Notes: generated by a model from the sequence alone, not told the origin. A stretch of DNA of 64,000 nucleotides from Polaromonas sp. (GCA_025363315.1 JANYED010000167.1:8348-72347); one strand, 5' to 3'. Positions 8,666 to 18,391 are shown, numbered from the stretch's first letter. A program made the numbers and translations.

Positions 8666-8869
8666 TTAGCCCGGGACTTTTTTCAGCATTTCCAGGCCCA
8701 CTTTGCCTTCGGCGATTTCGCGCAGGGCAGTGACGGCGGGCTTGTTTTTGCTATCAATTTTGGCGGTGTGACCTTGGCTCAGCATGCGTGCGCGATAAGT
8801 GGCAGCCAAAACCAGCTGAAAGCGATTCGGGATTTTTGCGAGGCAGTCTTCAACAGTGATGCGGGCCAT
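8666..8869 (-). CDS. rpoZ: RNA polymerase omega subunit
   Basis: [10 protein letters not shown]...[16 protein letters not shown]...ALREIAEG. Confidence 0.97.
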   Translation of the reverse strand: MARITVEDCLAKIPNRFQLVLAATYRARMLSQGHTAKIDSKNKPAVTALREIAEGKVGLEMLKKVPG

Positions 8870-8905
8870 GGGGTTCTCCGGGTGGGGTCAAAATGCAGGT
8901 CATGC

Positions 8906-9526
8906 TTAAACAATATGCAAGGCTTTGAAGGTTTCAGCTCTGGCAATGCGCTGGGCTGCAAACTTCAGCCGCTGGGCGTGCACAATGGTTTTCAGGTCGA
9001 AAACGGCACGTTCAAACAACTCATTGATTATAACGAAGTCAAATTCCCGCGCCTGGGCCATCTCGGTGGCGGCGTTTTCAAGCCGCAGCTCAATGACGTC
9101 GGCAGCGTCTTCACCCCGCCGCTGCAGGCGCGAACGCAGCTCTTCCCAGCTGGGCGGCAAGATAAAAATCAGCACTGCGTTGGCAAATATCCGCTTGATG
9201 TTGATCGCGCCCTGAAAGTCGATTTCCAGAATCACATCCGCGCCATGGGCCACCCGCTCTTCAATCGCCTGGCGCGATGTGCCGTAGCGCTGGCCGTGCA
9301 CATGTGCCCATTCCAGGAACGAATTGCGCAGCACCATGGCGTCAAATTCGTCGGGCGAGATGAAAAAGTACTCGCGGCCATGCTTTTCCTGGCCGCGCGG
9401 CGCGCGTGTGGTGTGCGACACCGCCGGTTGCACCCGTGAGTCGATCTCCATCAGGGCCTTGACCAGGCTTGACTTGCCCGCGCCGCTGGGCGCTGCCACA
9501 ACAAATAAGTTACCAGGATAGTCCAT
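8906..9526 (-). CDS. gmk: Guanylate kinase
   Basis: [10 protein letters not shown]-loop, [31 protein letters not shown]. Confidence 0.97.
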   Translation of the reverse strand: MDYPGNLFVVAAPSGAGKSSLVKALMEIDSRVQPAVSHTTRAPRGQEKHGREYFFISPDEFDAMVLRNSFLEWAHVHGQRYGTSRQAIEERVAHGADVILEIDFQGAINIKRIFANAVLIFILPPSWEELRSRLQRRGEDAADVIELRLENAATEMAQAREFDFVIINELFERAVFDLKTIVHAQRLKFAAQRIARAETFKALHIV

Positions 9527-9550
9527 ATCGTTTTGTTTTTGGTGGCGTGG

Positions 9551-10468
9551 TTATTCGATATTTTGTACTTGCTCGCGAATCTGCTCGATCAGCACCTTCA
9601 TGTCGACCGAAATTCTCGTCAGTTCGAGCGACGCGGATTTCGAGCCCAGCGTATTGGCCTCGCGGTGCAGTTCCTGAATCAAAAAATCAAGCCGTTTGCC
9701 CAGCTCGCCGCCGCCTTCCAGCAGGCGGTCAATCTCGTCCAGATGCGACGCCAGGCGCGTGACTTCTTCAGCCACGTCAATGCGGATGGCAAAGCTGGTT
9801 GCCTCCGTCAGCGCCCGGTCAGTGGCGGATTCCGGCGTGCTGGACACATCAGCCAGCGCCATCGCGTCTTTGAAGCGTTCTAAAAACTTTGCTTTTTGCT
9901 GCTCGACCAGCTTGGGCACCAGCGGCACAACCTGCGCTGACAAAGCGCGCAGCTGGGCGGTGCGGTCCGTCAGCATGTCTTTGAGCCGGCTGCCTTCCCG
10001 CTGCCTGGCTGACAGCAAATCTTTCAGTGCTTTTTGGGCGAGCTTGAGCAGTTCCTCGCTGTGGTCATGTGGCTTTTTGTCTTCATTGGTGGCAATGCGC
10101 AGCACATCTGCCACGCTGAGTAGGGTGGCCTGCGGAAGCCACGACTTGATGGTGTCTTCCAACGAACCGAGGCGCTGCAGCGTGCTGGCAGAAGGCGGCT
10201 GCAAGCTGCTGGTAGAGCTGCCCGTCAGTGCCACGCGGAGCTCGACTTTGCCGCGTTTAAGCTTGGCCAAAAGCAGCTCACGCAGCGCAGGTTCCATCTG
10301 GCGCAGCTCGTCGGGCAGGCGGAACGCCAGGTCTAAAAAGCGGCTGTTGACCGAGCGGATCTCCACGCCCAAATGCGCATGCAAATGCTGTTGGGACGCC
10401 TCGTCGGAGCCGCTGCTGGTGCTGCTCGACTGGACGGCTGCGTAGCCCGTCATGCTGTAAACTGACAT
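9551..10468 (-). CDS. yicC: YicC/YloC family endoribonuclease
   Basis: SMTGYA, EIRSVNSRFLDL, GKRLDFLIQELHREANTLGSK, EQIREQVQNIE. Confidence 0.93.
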   Translation of the reverse strand: MSVYSMTGYAAVQSSSTSSGSDEASQQHLHAHLGVEIRSVNSRFLDLAFRLPDELRQMEPALRELLLAKLKRGKVELRVALTGSSTSSLQPPSASTLQRLGSLEDTIKSWLPQATLLSVADVLRIATNEDKKPHDHSEELLKLAQKALKDLLSARQREGSRLKDMLTDRTAQLRALSAQVVPLVPKLVEQQKAKFLERFKDAMALADVSSTPESATDRALTEATSFAIRIDVAEEVTRLASHLDEIDRLLEGGGELGKRLDFLIQELHREANTLGSKSASLELTRISVDMKVLIEQIREQVQNIE

Positions 10469-10546
10469 GAGATTGAGAAGCTTTCAGTAAAAACAGGATT
10501 CCAAGAGCAGGATCGGGTGGGTTTCACCTCTGCACATTTTCAAATT

Positions 10547-11554
10547 ATGTCAAAGGTCAAACCAGCTCCCCTGCCACCCGACACCGTCATTGGTGGTTAC
10601 CGCGTGGTGCGCAAATTGTCGGCTGGCGGCTTTGGAGTAGTTTACTTGGCGGTGGACAACGAAGGCCAGCAGGTTGCCATCAAGGAATACCTGCCGTCGT
10701 CTCTGGCGGGGCGGCCACCGGGCGAATTGCTGCCGCAGGTGCAGCCCGACAAGCTGTCGCTGTACCGTCTGGGCTTAAAGAGTTTTTTTGAAGAAGGCCG
10801 CTCGCTGGCGCAAATTTCTCACGGCTCGGTTGTCAGCGTGTTGAATTTTTTTCGTGAGAACGAAACCGTCTACATGGTGATGAATTACCTGGAAGGCGGC
10901 ACGCTGCAGGACTTCATCATCACCGCGCGTGAGCTTAAAAAACAAAAAGTCTTTCGCGAATCCACCATCCGTTCACTGTTTGATGAAATCTTGCGCGGCC
11001 TGCGCATCGTGCACCAGCACAAGATGCTGCACTTGGACATCAAACCGGCCAATATTTTTATCACCGACGACAACCGGGCGGTACTGATTGACTTTGGCGC
11101 CGCGCGCGAGGTGCTGAGCAAGGAAGGCAACTTCATTCGCCCGATGTACACGCCCGGCTTTGCCGCGCCAGAGATGTACCGGCGCGATTCGTCGATGGGC
11201 CCGTGGACCGACATTTACGCGATTGGTGCCTGTATTTACGCCACCATGCAGGGCTACCCGCCAAACGACGCGCCGCAGCGGTTGGAAAAAGACCGGCTGT
11301 CGCTGGCCTTGTCGCGTTTGCGCGGCGTGTATTCAGACAATTTGATCGAGGTGGTGGAGTGGTGCATGTCGCTTGATCCCCTGTCGCGCCCGCAGTCGGT
11401 GTTTGCACTGCAAAAAGAGCTCAGCCGCGAGGGCGAGCGCCGTTACACAAAACTCAGCGTCGGTGAAAAAGTCAGGCTGCAGTTCGACAACATGGTTTCT
11501 GACACCAAAAAAACCGCAAAGAGAGCGGCTAACGCCGTGACCCGCTTTAAATGA
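10547..11554 (+). CDS. Soluble Hanks-type Ser/Thr protein kinase
   Basis: Probable start MSKVKPAP. LSAGGFGVVY, VAIKEY, HLDIKPANIF, DFG, APE and DIYAIG motifs; no transmembrane segment. Confidence 0.93.
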   Translation: MSKVKPAPLPPDTVIGGYRVVRKLSAGGFGVVYLAVDNEGQQVAIKEYLPSSLAGRPPGELLPQVQPDKLSLYRLGLKSFFEEGRSLAQISHGSVVSVLNFFRENETVYMVMNYLEGGTLQDFIITARELKKQKVFRESTIRSLFDEILRGLRIVHQHKMLHLDIKPANIFITDDNRAVLIDFGAAREVLSKEGNFIRPMYTPGFAAPEMYRRDSSMGPWTDIYAIGACIYATMQGYPPNDAPQRLEKDRLSLALSRLRGVYSDNLIEVVEWCMSLDPLSRPQSVFALQKELSREGERRYTKLSVGEKVRLQFDNMVSDTKKTAKRAANAVTRFK

Positions 11555-12453
11555 AATTCTCTGTCTTTCAGGTCAGCCGCCGCGGCGGGCGGGAAAAAAA
11601 TGAAGACCGCATGGGTTACTGCTACGCCCGTGAATCCGGCTTGTTTGTGCTGGCCGACGGCATGGGCGGCCACCCGGAAGGCGAAGTCGCGGCCCAGCTG
11701 GCGCTGCAAACCATTTCAGCTATCTACCAAAAAGAAGCGCGTCCATCCATCAAGGACACAACAGAATTCTTGTCGACCGCATTGATGGCGGCGCACCACC
11801 AGATCGTTCGCTACGCGAGCGAAAAAGGCATGCTGGACACGCCGCGCACCACGCTGGTAGCTTGCATTTTGCAAGGTGCGGGTGCCACCTGGGTGCACTG
11901 CGGCGACTCGCGGCTGTACGTGGTGCGCGACGGTGAACTGCTGACCCGCACGCGCGACCACTCTTATTTCGAGCAGCAACACGCGGGCGGCTCCCGCTTT
12001 GAGCACATCAACCGCAATATCTTATTCACCTGCCTCGGCTCGCCGACCAAGCCAGTGTTTGACGTCACCGGCCCGGTGATCTTGCAGCAGGGCGATAAAT
12101 TGTTGCTGTGTTCGGACGGATTGTGGGGCAGCTTGTCTGACGATGAAATTGTCAAACATCTCGCGGGTAAGGGTGTGTCCGACGCCGTACCCGACTTGGT
12201 TGAAAACGCCCTGCGCGTGGGCGGCGAGCAAAGCGACAACGTGACCGTGCTGGCCATGGAATGGGAAACGCCCGACGCTTTTGAGTCGACACGCGGTATA
12301 TCTACCGACAGTATTTCTGACGGCGTGTTTGCGTCCACCATTCAGGCCGGCTGGATGGATTCGTTTGTGGACGATCTGGACGAGGCGTCCATTGAGCGTT
12401 CGATTGCCGAGATCAATGAGGCGATTCGCCGATCGGCAGCCCGCAAAGCCTGA
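11551..12453 (+). CDS. PP2C-family Ser/Thr phosphatase
   Basis: NEDR, LADGMGGH, HCGDSRLY, LLCSDGLW and DNVT motifs; 4-bp overlap with the kinase stop. Confidence 0.93.
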   Translation: MKFSVFQVSRRGGREKNEDRMGYCYARESGLFVLADGMGGHPEGEVAAQLALQTISAIYQKEARPSIKDTTEFLSTALMAAHHQIVRYASEKGMLDTPRTTLVACILQGAGATWVHCGDSRLYVVRDGELLTRTRDHSYFEQQHAGGSRFEHINRNILFTCLGSPTKPVFDVTGPVILQQGDKLLLCSDGLWGSLSDDEIVKHLAGKGVSDAVPDLVENALRVGGEQSDNVTVLAMEWETPDAFESTRGISTDSISDGVFASTIQAGWMDSFVDDLDEASIERSIAEINEAIRRSAARKA

Positions 12454-12543
12454 ACTCCGTCCCCGAGCGAAGCGCTGTCTGTGTTACTTGAGCGCCAACT
12501 CCATGCCAACTGCCATAACCCTGACCCCACGAAAGTACACGCC

Positions 12544-13281
12544 ATGAGCACCTTTGAACGAAGCAGCGCGCGCGCCGCCAACGCCCTGCGCCCTGTGCGC
12601 ATCACCCGCCACTACACCGCGTATGCCGAGGGCTCGGTGCTGATTGAATTTGGTGGCACCAAGGTGCTTTGTACCGCGTCGGTTGAAGAAAAAGTGCCCG
12701 GCCACAAAAAAGGCAGCGGCAAAGGCTGGGTAACGGCTGAATACGGCATGCTGCCGCGCGCCACCCACACCAGATCCGACCGTGAAGCCGCCCGCGGCAA
12801 GCAAAGCGGCCGTACGCAGGAGATCCAGCGCCTGATTGGCCGATCACTGCGCACAGTGTTTGACTTGAAAAAGCTTGGCGAACGCACGATTTACCTTGAC
12901 TGCGACGTGATTCAGGCCGACGGCGGCACGCGCACCGCAGCGATTACCGGTGCGTTTGTGGCGGCGCAAGATGCGGTGAACAAACTCATTGCGGATGGAA
13001 AGCTCAAGGAAACACCGATCACCAGCCATGTGGCCGCTATTTCAGTAGGCATTGTTCAGGGCACGCCGCTGCTTGATTTGGAATATACCGAGGACTCCGC
13101 CTGCGACACCGACATGAATGTGGTGATGACCGGCGAAGGCAATTTTGTCGAAGTGCAGGGTACGGCTGAAGGCGCCGCTTTCACGCGCGCCGAGATGGAC
13201 GTGCTCTTGGGTCTGGCTGAAAAAGGCATCCGTGAGCTGGTCGGCATGCAAAAAAAGTCGTTGTCTTTTGCTATTAATTAA
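12544..13281 (+). CDS. rph: Ribonuclease PH
   Basis: Probable start [62 protein letters not shown]. Confidence 0.96.
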   Translation: MSTFERSSARAANALRPVRITRHYTAYAEGSVLIEFGGTKVLCTASVEEKVPGHKKGSGKGWVTAEYGMLPRATHTRSDREAARGKQSGRTQEIQRLIGRSLRTVFDLKKLGERTIYLDCDVIQADGGTRTAAITGAFVAAQDAVNKLIADGKLKETPITSHVAAISVGIVQGTPLLDLEYTEDSACDTDMNVVMTGEGNFVEVQGTAEGAAFTRAEMDVLLGLAEKGIRELVGMQKKSLSFAIN

Positions 13282-13323
13282 ATAGCTGCTTGCGCCCAAA
13301 TTCATTGGGCTGCAGCCGTATTT
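13270..13323 (+). repeat. 54-bp motif, copy 3; supplies the last codons and stop of rph and fills the rph-rdgB gap
   Basis: gctat taattaa atagc tgct tgcgc cca aattcat tgggct gcagccgtattt; rph TAA is at 13279-13281. Confidence 0.9.
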
Positions 13324-13327
13324 GACT

Positions 13328-13933
13328 ATGAAAATTATTTTAGCGTCGAACAACCAGGGCAAGCTGGCCGAGCTGCAAGCCATGTTTGAACCACTGGGTC
13401 TGCAGTTGCTTCGTCAAGCTGACTTGGGTATTGGTGAGGCTGACGAGCCGTTTCGCACCTTTGTTGAAAACGCTTTGGCCAAAGCCCGCCACGCAGCGCA
13501 CGCCAGCGGCTTGCCTGCTGTGGCTGACGACGCCGGTTTGTGTGTCGACGCCTTTGGCGGCTTGCCGGGTGTGGACACCGCTTTTTATGCGACACAGTTT
13601 GGCTACGCCAAAGGCGACGACAACAACGTCAAGGCGCTGTTGGAGCAGATGGCTGTGATTAACAACCGGCGCGCGGCACTGGTCAGCACGCTGGTGGCGG
13701 TGCGTTCGGTTGACGACCCCGAGCCGCTGATAGCGGTGGGCCGTGTGGTGGGTGAAATTACCCGCGAACCGTTGGGCAGCAATGGTTTTGGGTTTGACCC
13801 CGTGATGTTTATCCCCGAGTTTGGCAAAACTTTTGCGCAGCTGCCGGTCGATGTAAAAAACGCCAACAGCCATCGGGGAAAGGCCGCGCGGTTGATGAGC
13901 GCACTGATGCAAGAGCGCTGGTTGCAAGCGTAA
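13328..13933 (+). CDS. rdgB: RdgB/HAM1 non-canonical purine NTP pyrophosphatase
   Basis: LASNNQGKLAE, TFVENALAKAR, ADDAGL, GFGFDP, KNANSHRGKA. Confidence 0.95.
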   Translation: MKIILASNNQGKLAELQAMFEPLGLQLLRQADLGIGEADEPFRTFVENALAKARHAAHASGLPAVADDAGLCVDAFGGLPGVDTAFYATQFGYAKGDDNNVKALLEQMAVINNRRAALVSTLVAVRSVDDPEPLIAVGRVVGEITREPLGSNGFGFDPVMFIPEFGKTFAQLPVDVKNANSHRGKAARLMSALMQERWLQA

Positions 13934-13949
13934 ACGCCGCGTTCTATCC

Positions 13950-15218
13950 ATGCCCCAGCAAGACATTCAGCACTACATGCGTCCTGGCACGCTGCAGCTC
14001 AAAAGCTTGCCGCCCCTGTCGCTGTATGTGCATTTGCCGTGGTGTATTAAAAAATGCCCGTATTGCGATTTCAATTCACATGAACTGGCCCCCACAGTCG
14101 CGCACGCTGTGTCGCTCCCTGCCCCCCGAGGGGGCGTCGCCAGCTTGGGGCGGCCCGGCGCCGGCGCAGTTGGCGGGCTACTTGAGCAGCGCTATATCGA
14201 CGCGCTGATCGCCGACCTGGAATCATCACTTCCGCTGATTTGGGGCCGCACTGTGCACAGCATATTCATCGGCGGCGGCACGCCCAGCTTGTTTTCGCCT
14301 GCTGCCATTGACCGGCTGCTGGCTGATATTCGAGCACGCGTCAAGCTCAATGCCGACTGCGAAATCACGCTGGAGGCGAACCCCGGCACGTTTGAAAAAG
14401 ACCGCTTCAAAGCTTTCAGAAGCGCCGGTGTCAATCGCCTGTCCATCGGTGTGCAAAGCTTCAATGACCAGCACCTCAGGGCGCTGGGCCGCGTGCATGA
14501 CCGTGCCCAGGCGATTGCGGCGGTTGAAGAAGCCGCACAGGCGTTTGATACCTTCAACCTGGACATCATGTACGCGCTGCCGGGCCAGACGCTGCAACAT
14601 TTAGAGCAGGACATGCAAGTGGCGCTTGGGCTGCAGCCCCCTCACATCTCCATCTATCACCTGACGATTGAGCCCAACACCTACTTTGCCAAGTTTCCGC
14701 CGGCCATACCTGAAGAAGACATGGCGTACGACATGCTCGACAAAATCACCGAGATGACCGAGGCCAAAGGTTTGGCGCGCTATGAAATATCCGCCTACGC
14801 CAAACCCGGCCACCGCTGCTTTCACAACACCAACTACTGGCAGTTTGGCGACTACCTTGGCATAGGCGCTGGTGCGCACAGCAAGCTGAGTTTTGCGCAC
14901 CGCGTAGTACGGCAGGTGCGAGTGCGCGAGCCCACGCTGTACATTGACAAAGCATTGGCAGGCGATGCCGTCACAACCGACACAGAAGTCAGTCGGGCCG
15001 ACTTGCCGTTTGAGTTCATGCTCAATGCGCTGCGTTTGAAAGATGGTTTCAAACTGCAAGATTTCGTGGACAAAACAGGCCTGCCGTTCACTGCGATTGC
15101 CAAAGGTATGGATGAGGCTGAGCGTAAGGGCCTCATTGAACGGGATTTTGTCAACGTCAAACCCACGGTACGGGGCTTTGATTTTTTAAACGACCTACAG
15201 CAGCTTTTTTTGGCCTAA
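13950..15218 (+). CDS. hemW: Radical SAM heme chaperone HemW
   Basis: LYVHLPWCIKKCPYCDFNS, FIGGGTPS, LEANP, HNTNYW; conserved position after rph-rdgB. Confidence 0.92.
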   Translation: MPQQDIQHYMRPGTLQLKSLPPLSLYVHLPWCIKKCPYCDFNSHELAPTVAHAVSLPAPRGGVASLGRPGAGAVGGLLEQRYIDALIADLESSLPLIWGRTVHSIFIGGGTPSLFSPAAIDRLLADIRARVKLNADCEITLEANPGTFEKDRFKAFRSAGVNRLSIGVQSFNDQHLRALGRVHDRAQAIAAVEEAAQAFDTFNLDIMYALPGQTLQHLEQDMQVALGLQPPHISIYHLTIEPNTYFAKFPPAIPEEDMAYDMLDKITEMTEAKGLARYEISAYAKPGHRCFHNTNYWQFGDYLGIGAGAHSKLSFAHRVVRQVRVREPTLYIDKALAGDAVTTDTEVSRADLPFEFMLNALRLKDGFKLQDFVDKTGLPFTAIAKGMDEAERKGLIERDFVNVKPTVRGFDFLNDLQQLFLA

Positions 15219-15234
15219 CTGCTTGAGAGATGTT

Positions 15235-15456
15235 ATGGAAACCTCAAGCATTATTTTGCTGGTCGTCAGCGCATCCATCAGCTTTGCGCTTGGCAGAACG
15301 ATCATGCACTTTCGCAACAAAAAGAAAAAAGCCGCTGCGCAAAAGCTAACCGCGAAAGCCTTGCGCGACGCGCCGCCTGAGGTAGAGTCCAAAAACAAGA
15401 GCAAGCGCAAACGGCAACTCCAGCAGATCGAGAAATCAGGGAAAGACCGTGTTTAA
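15235..15456 (+). CDS. Small hypothetical protein, single N-terminal hydrophobic anchor plus basic tail
   Basis: METSSIILLVVSASISFALGRTIMHFRNKKKK...; AGAG upstream of ATG; fills the hemW-tRNA gap. Confidence 0.55.
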   Translation: METSSIILLVVSASISFALGRTIMHFRNKKKKAAAQKLTAKALRDAPPEVESKNKSKRKRQLQQIEKSGKDRV

Positions 15457-15487
15457 CGTGGACTCGTCGATGTGACGATGAGATGTG

Positions 15488-15577
15488 TGGCGGAAGCTGT
15501 GAGATTCGAACTCACGGAGGACTCGCATCCTCGGCAGTTTTCAAGACTGCTGCATTCAACCGCTCTGCCAAGCTTCC
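15488..15577 (-). tRNA. tRNA-Ser(TGA)
   Basis: Reverse complement GGAAGCTTGGCAGAGCGGTTGAATGCAGCAGTCTTGAAAACTGCCGAGGATGCGAGTCCTCCGTGAGTTCGAATCTCACAGCTTCCGCCA: TGA anticodon, long variable arm, T-loop, CCA. Confidence 0.97.
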
Positions 15578-15663
15578 GAGAACGACAGTTTAACAGCTTG
15601 GCTTAACGACACCCCATGCCTGAAGTTCGGCTGGTGATGGTCACTCACCTATTTTTAGGTGGG

Positions 15664-15717
15664 GTTTAAGCCGCTAGACCAATAGATACGGGCGCAAGCA
15701 GCTCATTAATTCATAGC
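15664..15717 (-). repeat. 54-bp motif, copy 4; supplies the stop of the hxlR-like gene
   Basis: Reverse complement: gctat gaattaa tgagc tgct tgcgc ccg tatctat tggtct agcggcttaaac. Confidence 0.9.
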
Positions 15718-16134
15718 GTCGGTTGCATTTTTCCGCGCAGTGAAAGCCGTGCGGGCGTCCAAAATGGTCTGACGGTGCTCGTCGGCCCATGTCCACACGC
15801 CGCAAAACGCTTCTCCCAGGCTGCGGCCCAGCGGCGTCAGTTCATATTCAACCCGGGGCGGCACCACGGGGAACACTTCTCGTAACACCAGCCCGTCAGC
15901 CTCCATCTGGCGCAAAGTTTTGGTCAGCATCTTCTGGCTTACGTCGCCTATCAGCTCGCCGAGCCGGGTAAAGCGCAGCTTGCCGTGCTCCTCTAGCGTC
16001 TCCAGGGCCAGCATGGTCCATTTGTCGGCTACGCGGCCAATGATGTCCCTGACCAGCGCCTACAGCTCGGGTTCAAGGGTATTAATCAGCGGCGGTTAGC
16101 CGGAAAGGGGATGTTGTGGACTGGGTTTGGGCAT
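15706..16134 (-). pseudogene. HxlR-family winged-helix regulator with two in-frame nonsense codons
   Basis: From ATG 16134: MPKPSPQHPLSG*PPLINTLEPEL*ALVRDIIGRVADKWTMLALE... (TAA at 16096-16098, TAG at 16060-16062). HxlR motifs ADKWT, VSQKMLTKTLRQME and PPRVEYELT are present. Confidence 0.8.
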
Positions 16135-16269
16135 GTGATTTGACACTCTCTTTTAAGTATGTATGCCACTTATTTGCGCCTACTTTTTTTTGGTTAGTGA
16201 AAGTTTTAACATCGCGTTCTTCGTTGATTCTTCATTGACATTCATCCATTTATCTTGAGGAAACCCATC

Positions 16270-17040
16270 ATGCAAATGAGCAACAACACCATTTTGATCA
16301 CGGGCGGCGCAAGCGGCATTGGCCGCGCGCTGGCTGAAGCTTTTCACGCGCTGGGTAACCAGGTCATCATTGCGGGCCGCCGCCAGGCGCTTCTGACCGA
16401 AGTCACAGCGGCTAACCCCGGCATGGCGTCGTTCGTGCTGGATGTGGCCAGCGCTCGCGACATTGAGCGCTTTGCCGAGCAAGTCAGACGCGACTATCCT
16501 GCGCTGAACGTCGTGATTCACAACGCAGGCGTCATGATGGCTGAGGATGTGCACAACCCATCGCTGGGCGCGGCCGAAGCCACCATCGCCACCAACCTGC
16601 TGGGGCCGATCCGATTGAACACGGCGCTACTGCCGCTGCTGCTCATGCAGCCTCAGGCCACTGTCATGACGGTCTCGTCGGGGCTGGCTTTTTTGCCGCT
16701 GGCGACCACGCCCACCTACAGCGCGACCAAGGCGGCGATTCATTCATACACCCAGTCGCTGCGTTACCAGCTCAAGGCCACGAATGTGCAGGTGCTGGAG
16801 CTGGCCCCGCCGTACGTGCAAACCGAACTGATGGGAGCCCAGCAGGCCAGTGACCCGCACGCCATGCCGCTCATGGAATTCATTGCCGAGGTGATGGGCT
16901 TTTTGACCAGCGCACCGGGTGCAACCGAGATTCTGGTCGAACGGGTCAAGCCCTTGCGCTTTGCCGAAGCGAATGGCGGATACGACGGGTTTTTTAAAAC
17001 CTTCAATGACGGCATGGCGGCCGCTGGTGTGGGCAAGTAA
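16270..17040 (+). CDS. Short-chain dehydrogenase/reductase (DltE-like)
   Basis: TGGASGIG, HNAG, SS and YSATK catalytic motifs; GAGG RBS before ATG 16270; divergent from the hxlR-like gene. Confidence 0.92.
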   Translation: MQMSNNTILITGGASGIGRALAEAFHALGNQVIIAGRRQALLTEVTAANPGMASFVLDVASARDIERFAEQVRRDYPALNVVIHNAGVMMAEDVHNPSLGAAEATIATNLLGPIRLNTALLPLLLMQPQATVMTVSSGLAFLPLATTPTYSATKAAIHSYTQSLRYQLKATNVQVLELAPPYVQTELMGAQQASDPHAMPLMEFIAEVMGFLTSAPGATEILVERVKPLRFAEANGGYDGFFKTFNDGMAAAGVGK

Positions 17041-17049
17041 ATAGGTAAT

Positions 17050-17103
17050 AAAAATGCCACCAGACCAATAAATACGGGTGCTAGCAGCTCCGCTATTAAT
17101 AGC
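17050..17103 (-). repeat. 54-bp motif, copy 5 (intergenic)
   Basis: Reverse complement: gctat taatagc ggagc tgct agcac ccg tatttat tggtct ggtggcattttt. Confidence 0.85.
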
Positions 17104-17163
17104 AGCTGCCGGGTTTTCGAAAATCTGTTGGCAGCAGAGCGCCGCGCCCCCTAACATTGCTGT

Positions 17164-18072
17164 ATGACCACTGGGCCAGCGCCACCAACATCGACAACCG
17201 CCAGTGAGCCAGCCGCACCAGTGCAGCGCATCATCAAGGTACGGCGAGACTACAACAGCTGGGTGGCCGGCAAGACGATGGAAGACTATGCGCTGCGCTT
17301 TACCCCAAAGCGTTTTCGCAAATGGTCGGAGTAGCGGGTGGCCAACACCGCGTTTGGTGCGGCGTCATTTTTGATTCTGGAGGCCGTGGGCTTTACGCTG
17401 CTGGTAAGGTACGGTTTGAAGAAAACGTTTTGGGCGATTCTGGCGACCAGCCTCATCATTTTCATGGCGGGTTTGCCTATCAGCATTTACGCTGCGCGCT
17501 ACGGTGTCGACATGGACTTGCTCACCCGGGGCGCGGGCTTTGGCTACATTGGCTCGACGCTTACCTCGCTGATTTACGCGTCGTTCACTTTTATCTTTTA
17601 TGCGCTTGAAGCCGCGGTGATGGCCTATGCGCTGGAACTGGCGCTGGGTATTCCGCCCAGCTGGGGCTACCTGATCTGCGCGCTACTGGTGATTCCGTTA
17701 GTGACTCACGGCGTGTCGGCCGTCAGCCGCCTGAGCCTTCGCCTTCACCTTCTTCAGCGCACCGATGACACGTTTGACGCGGGCGAGAGCGGCGGCGATT
17801 GGCTGATCGTGATACGCGAGACTTCTGAAGATGCGGTTGTTGAAGCCATGAGCCTGAGTTTCAAGCTGACCGCACGCGAAGCCGAGGTGTTGTATTGGGT
17901 GATCAAAGGCAAGATCAACCGCGACATTGCCGACATTTTGGGTGCGAGCCCCGCCACCGTCAAAAAGCACCCGAAGCGCGTCTATGCCAAGCTAGGTGTA
18001 GAGACACGTACGGCCGCTGCTGGCGTGGCGACGAATCGCCTCAGGCAGATCCATCCGCAGTTTGAGGGATAG
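17164..18072 (+). pseudogene. Deletion-fusion remnant: N-terminus of a permease-domain hybrid sensor kinase joined to the C-terminus of a LuxR-type response regulator
   Basis: RIIKVRRDYNSWV...EDYALRFTP...KWSE*RVANTAFG (TAG at 17332-17334), then DMDLLTRGAGFGYIGST. At about 17733 the frame switches to ...LTAREAEVLYWVIKGKINRDIADILGASPATVKKH, a LuxR HTH. Confidence 0.8.
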
Positions 18073-18272
18073 CGGTTATACTAATGGCCTGACACGCACC
18101 AGCGTTTCAAATCAAAGTTTGTGCTTTTTTGGCCCACACAGCTTTAAAGCTTACAAACACCAACCACTTTTTCTTGTACGCACGGCCGACAACCTTACGC
18201 ACACTTATGGTGTACCCAGTACGACTTTGCTCTGCTGTTGAATTGAAACCCCATCACCGTTGATGAAACCGC

Positions 18273-18300
18273 ACAACCCGGGCTACGCGGGTTGTTTATT
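18273..18300 (+). terminator. Terminator-like hairpin upstream of the infA-linked ORF
   Basis: ACAACCCG-GGCTACG-CGGGTTGT followed by TTATT. Confidence 0.5.
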
Positions 18301-18391
18301 GTTCAGCATTGATAAAGCACTTTGAGTGCAAATGCGCCCGCCGCACGCTTCGTAATTAAAACAGGCGCAGGCTTTTTTGAATTTGATTTTT

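Noticed and set aside
15223-18072. Genomic island integrated at tRNA-Ser
   Set aside because: The decaying genes lie on the 5' side of the tRNA, there is no integrase, and no duplicated tRNA 3' end is visible.
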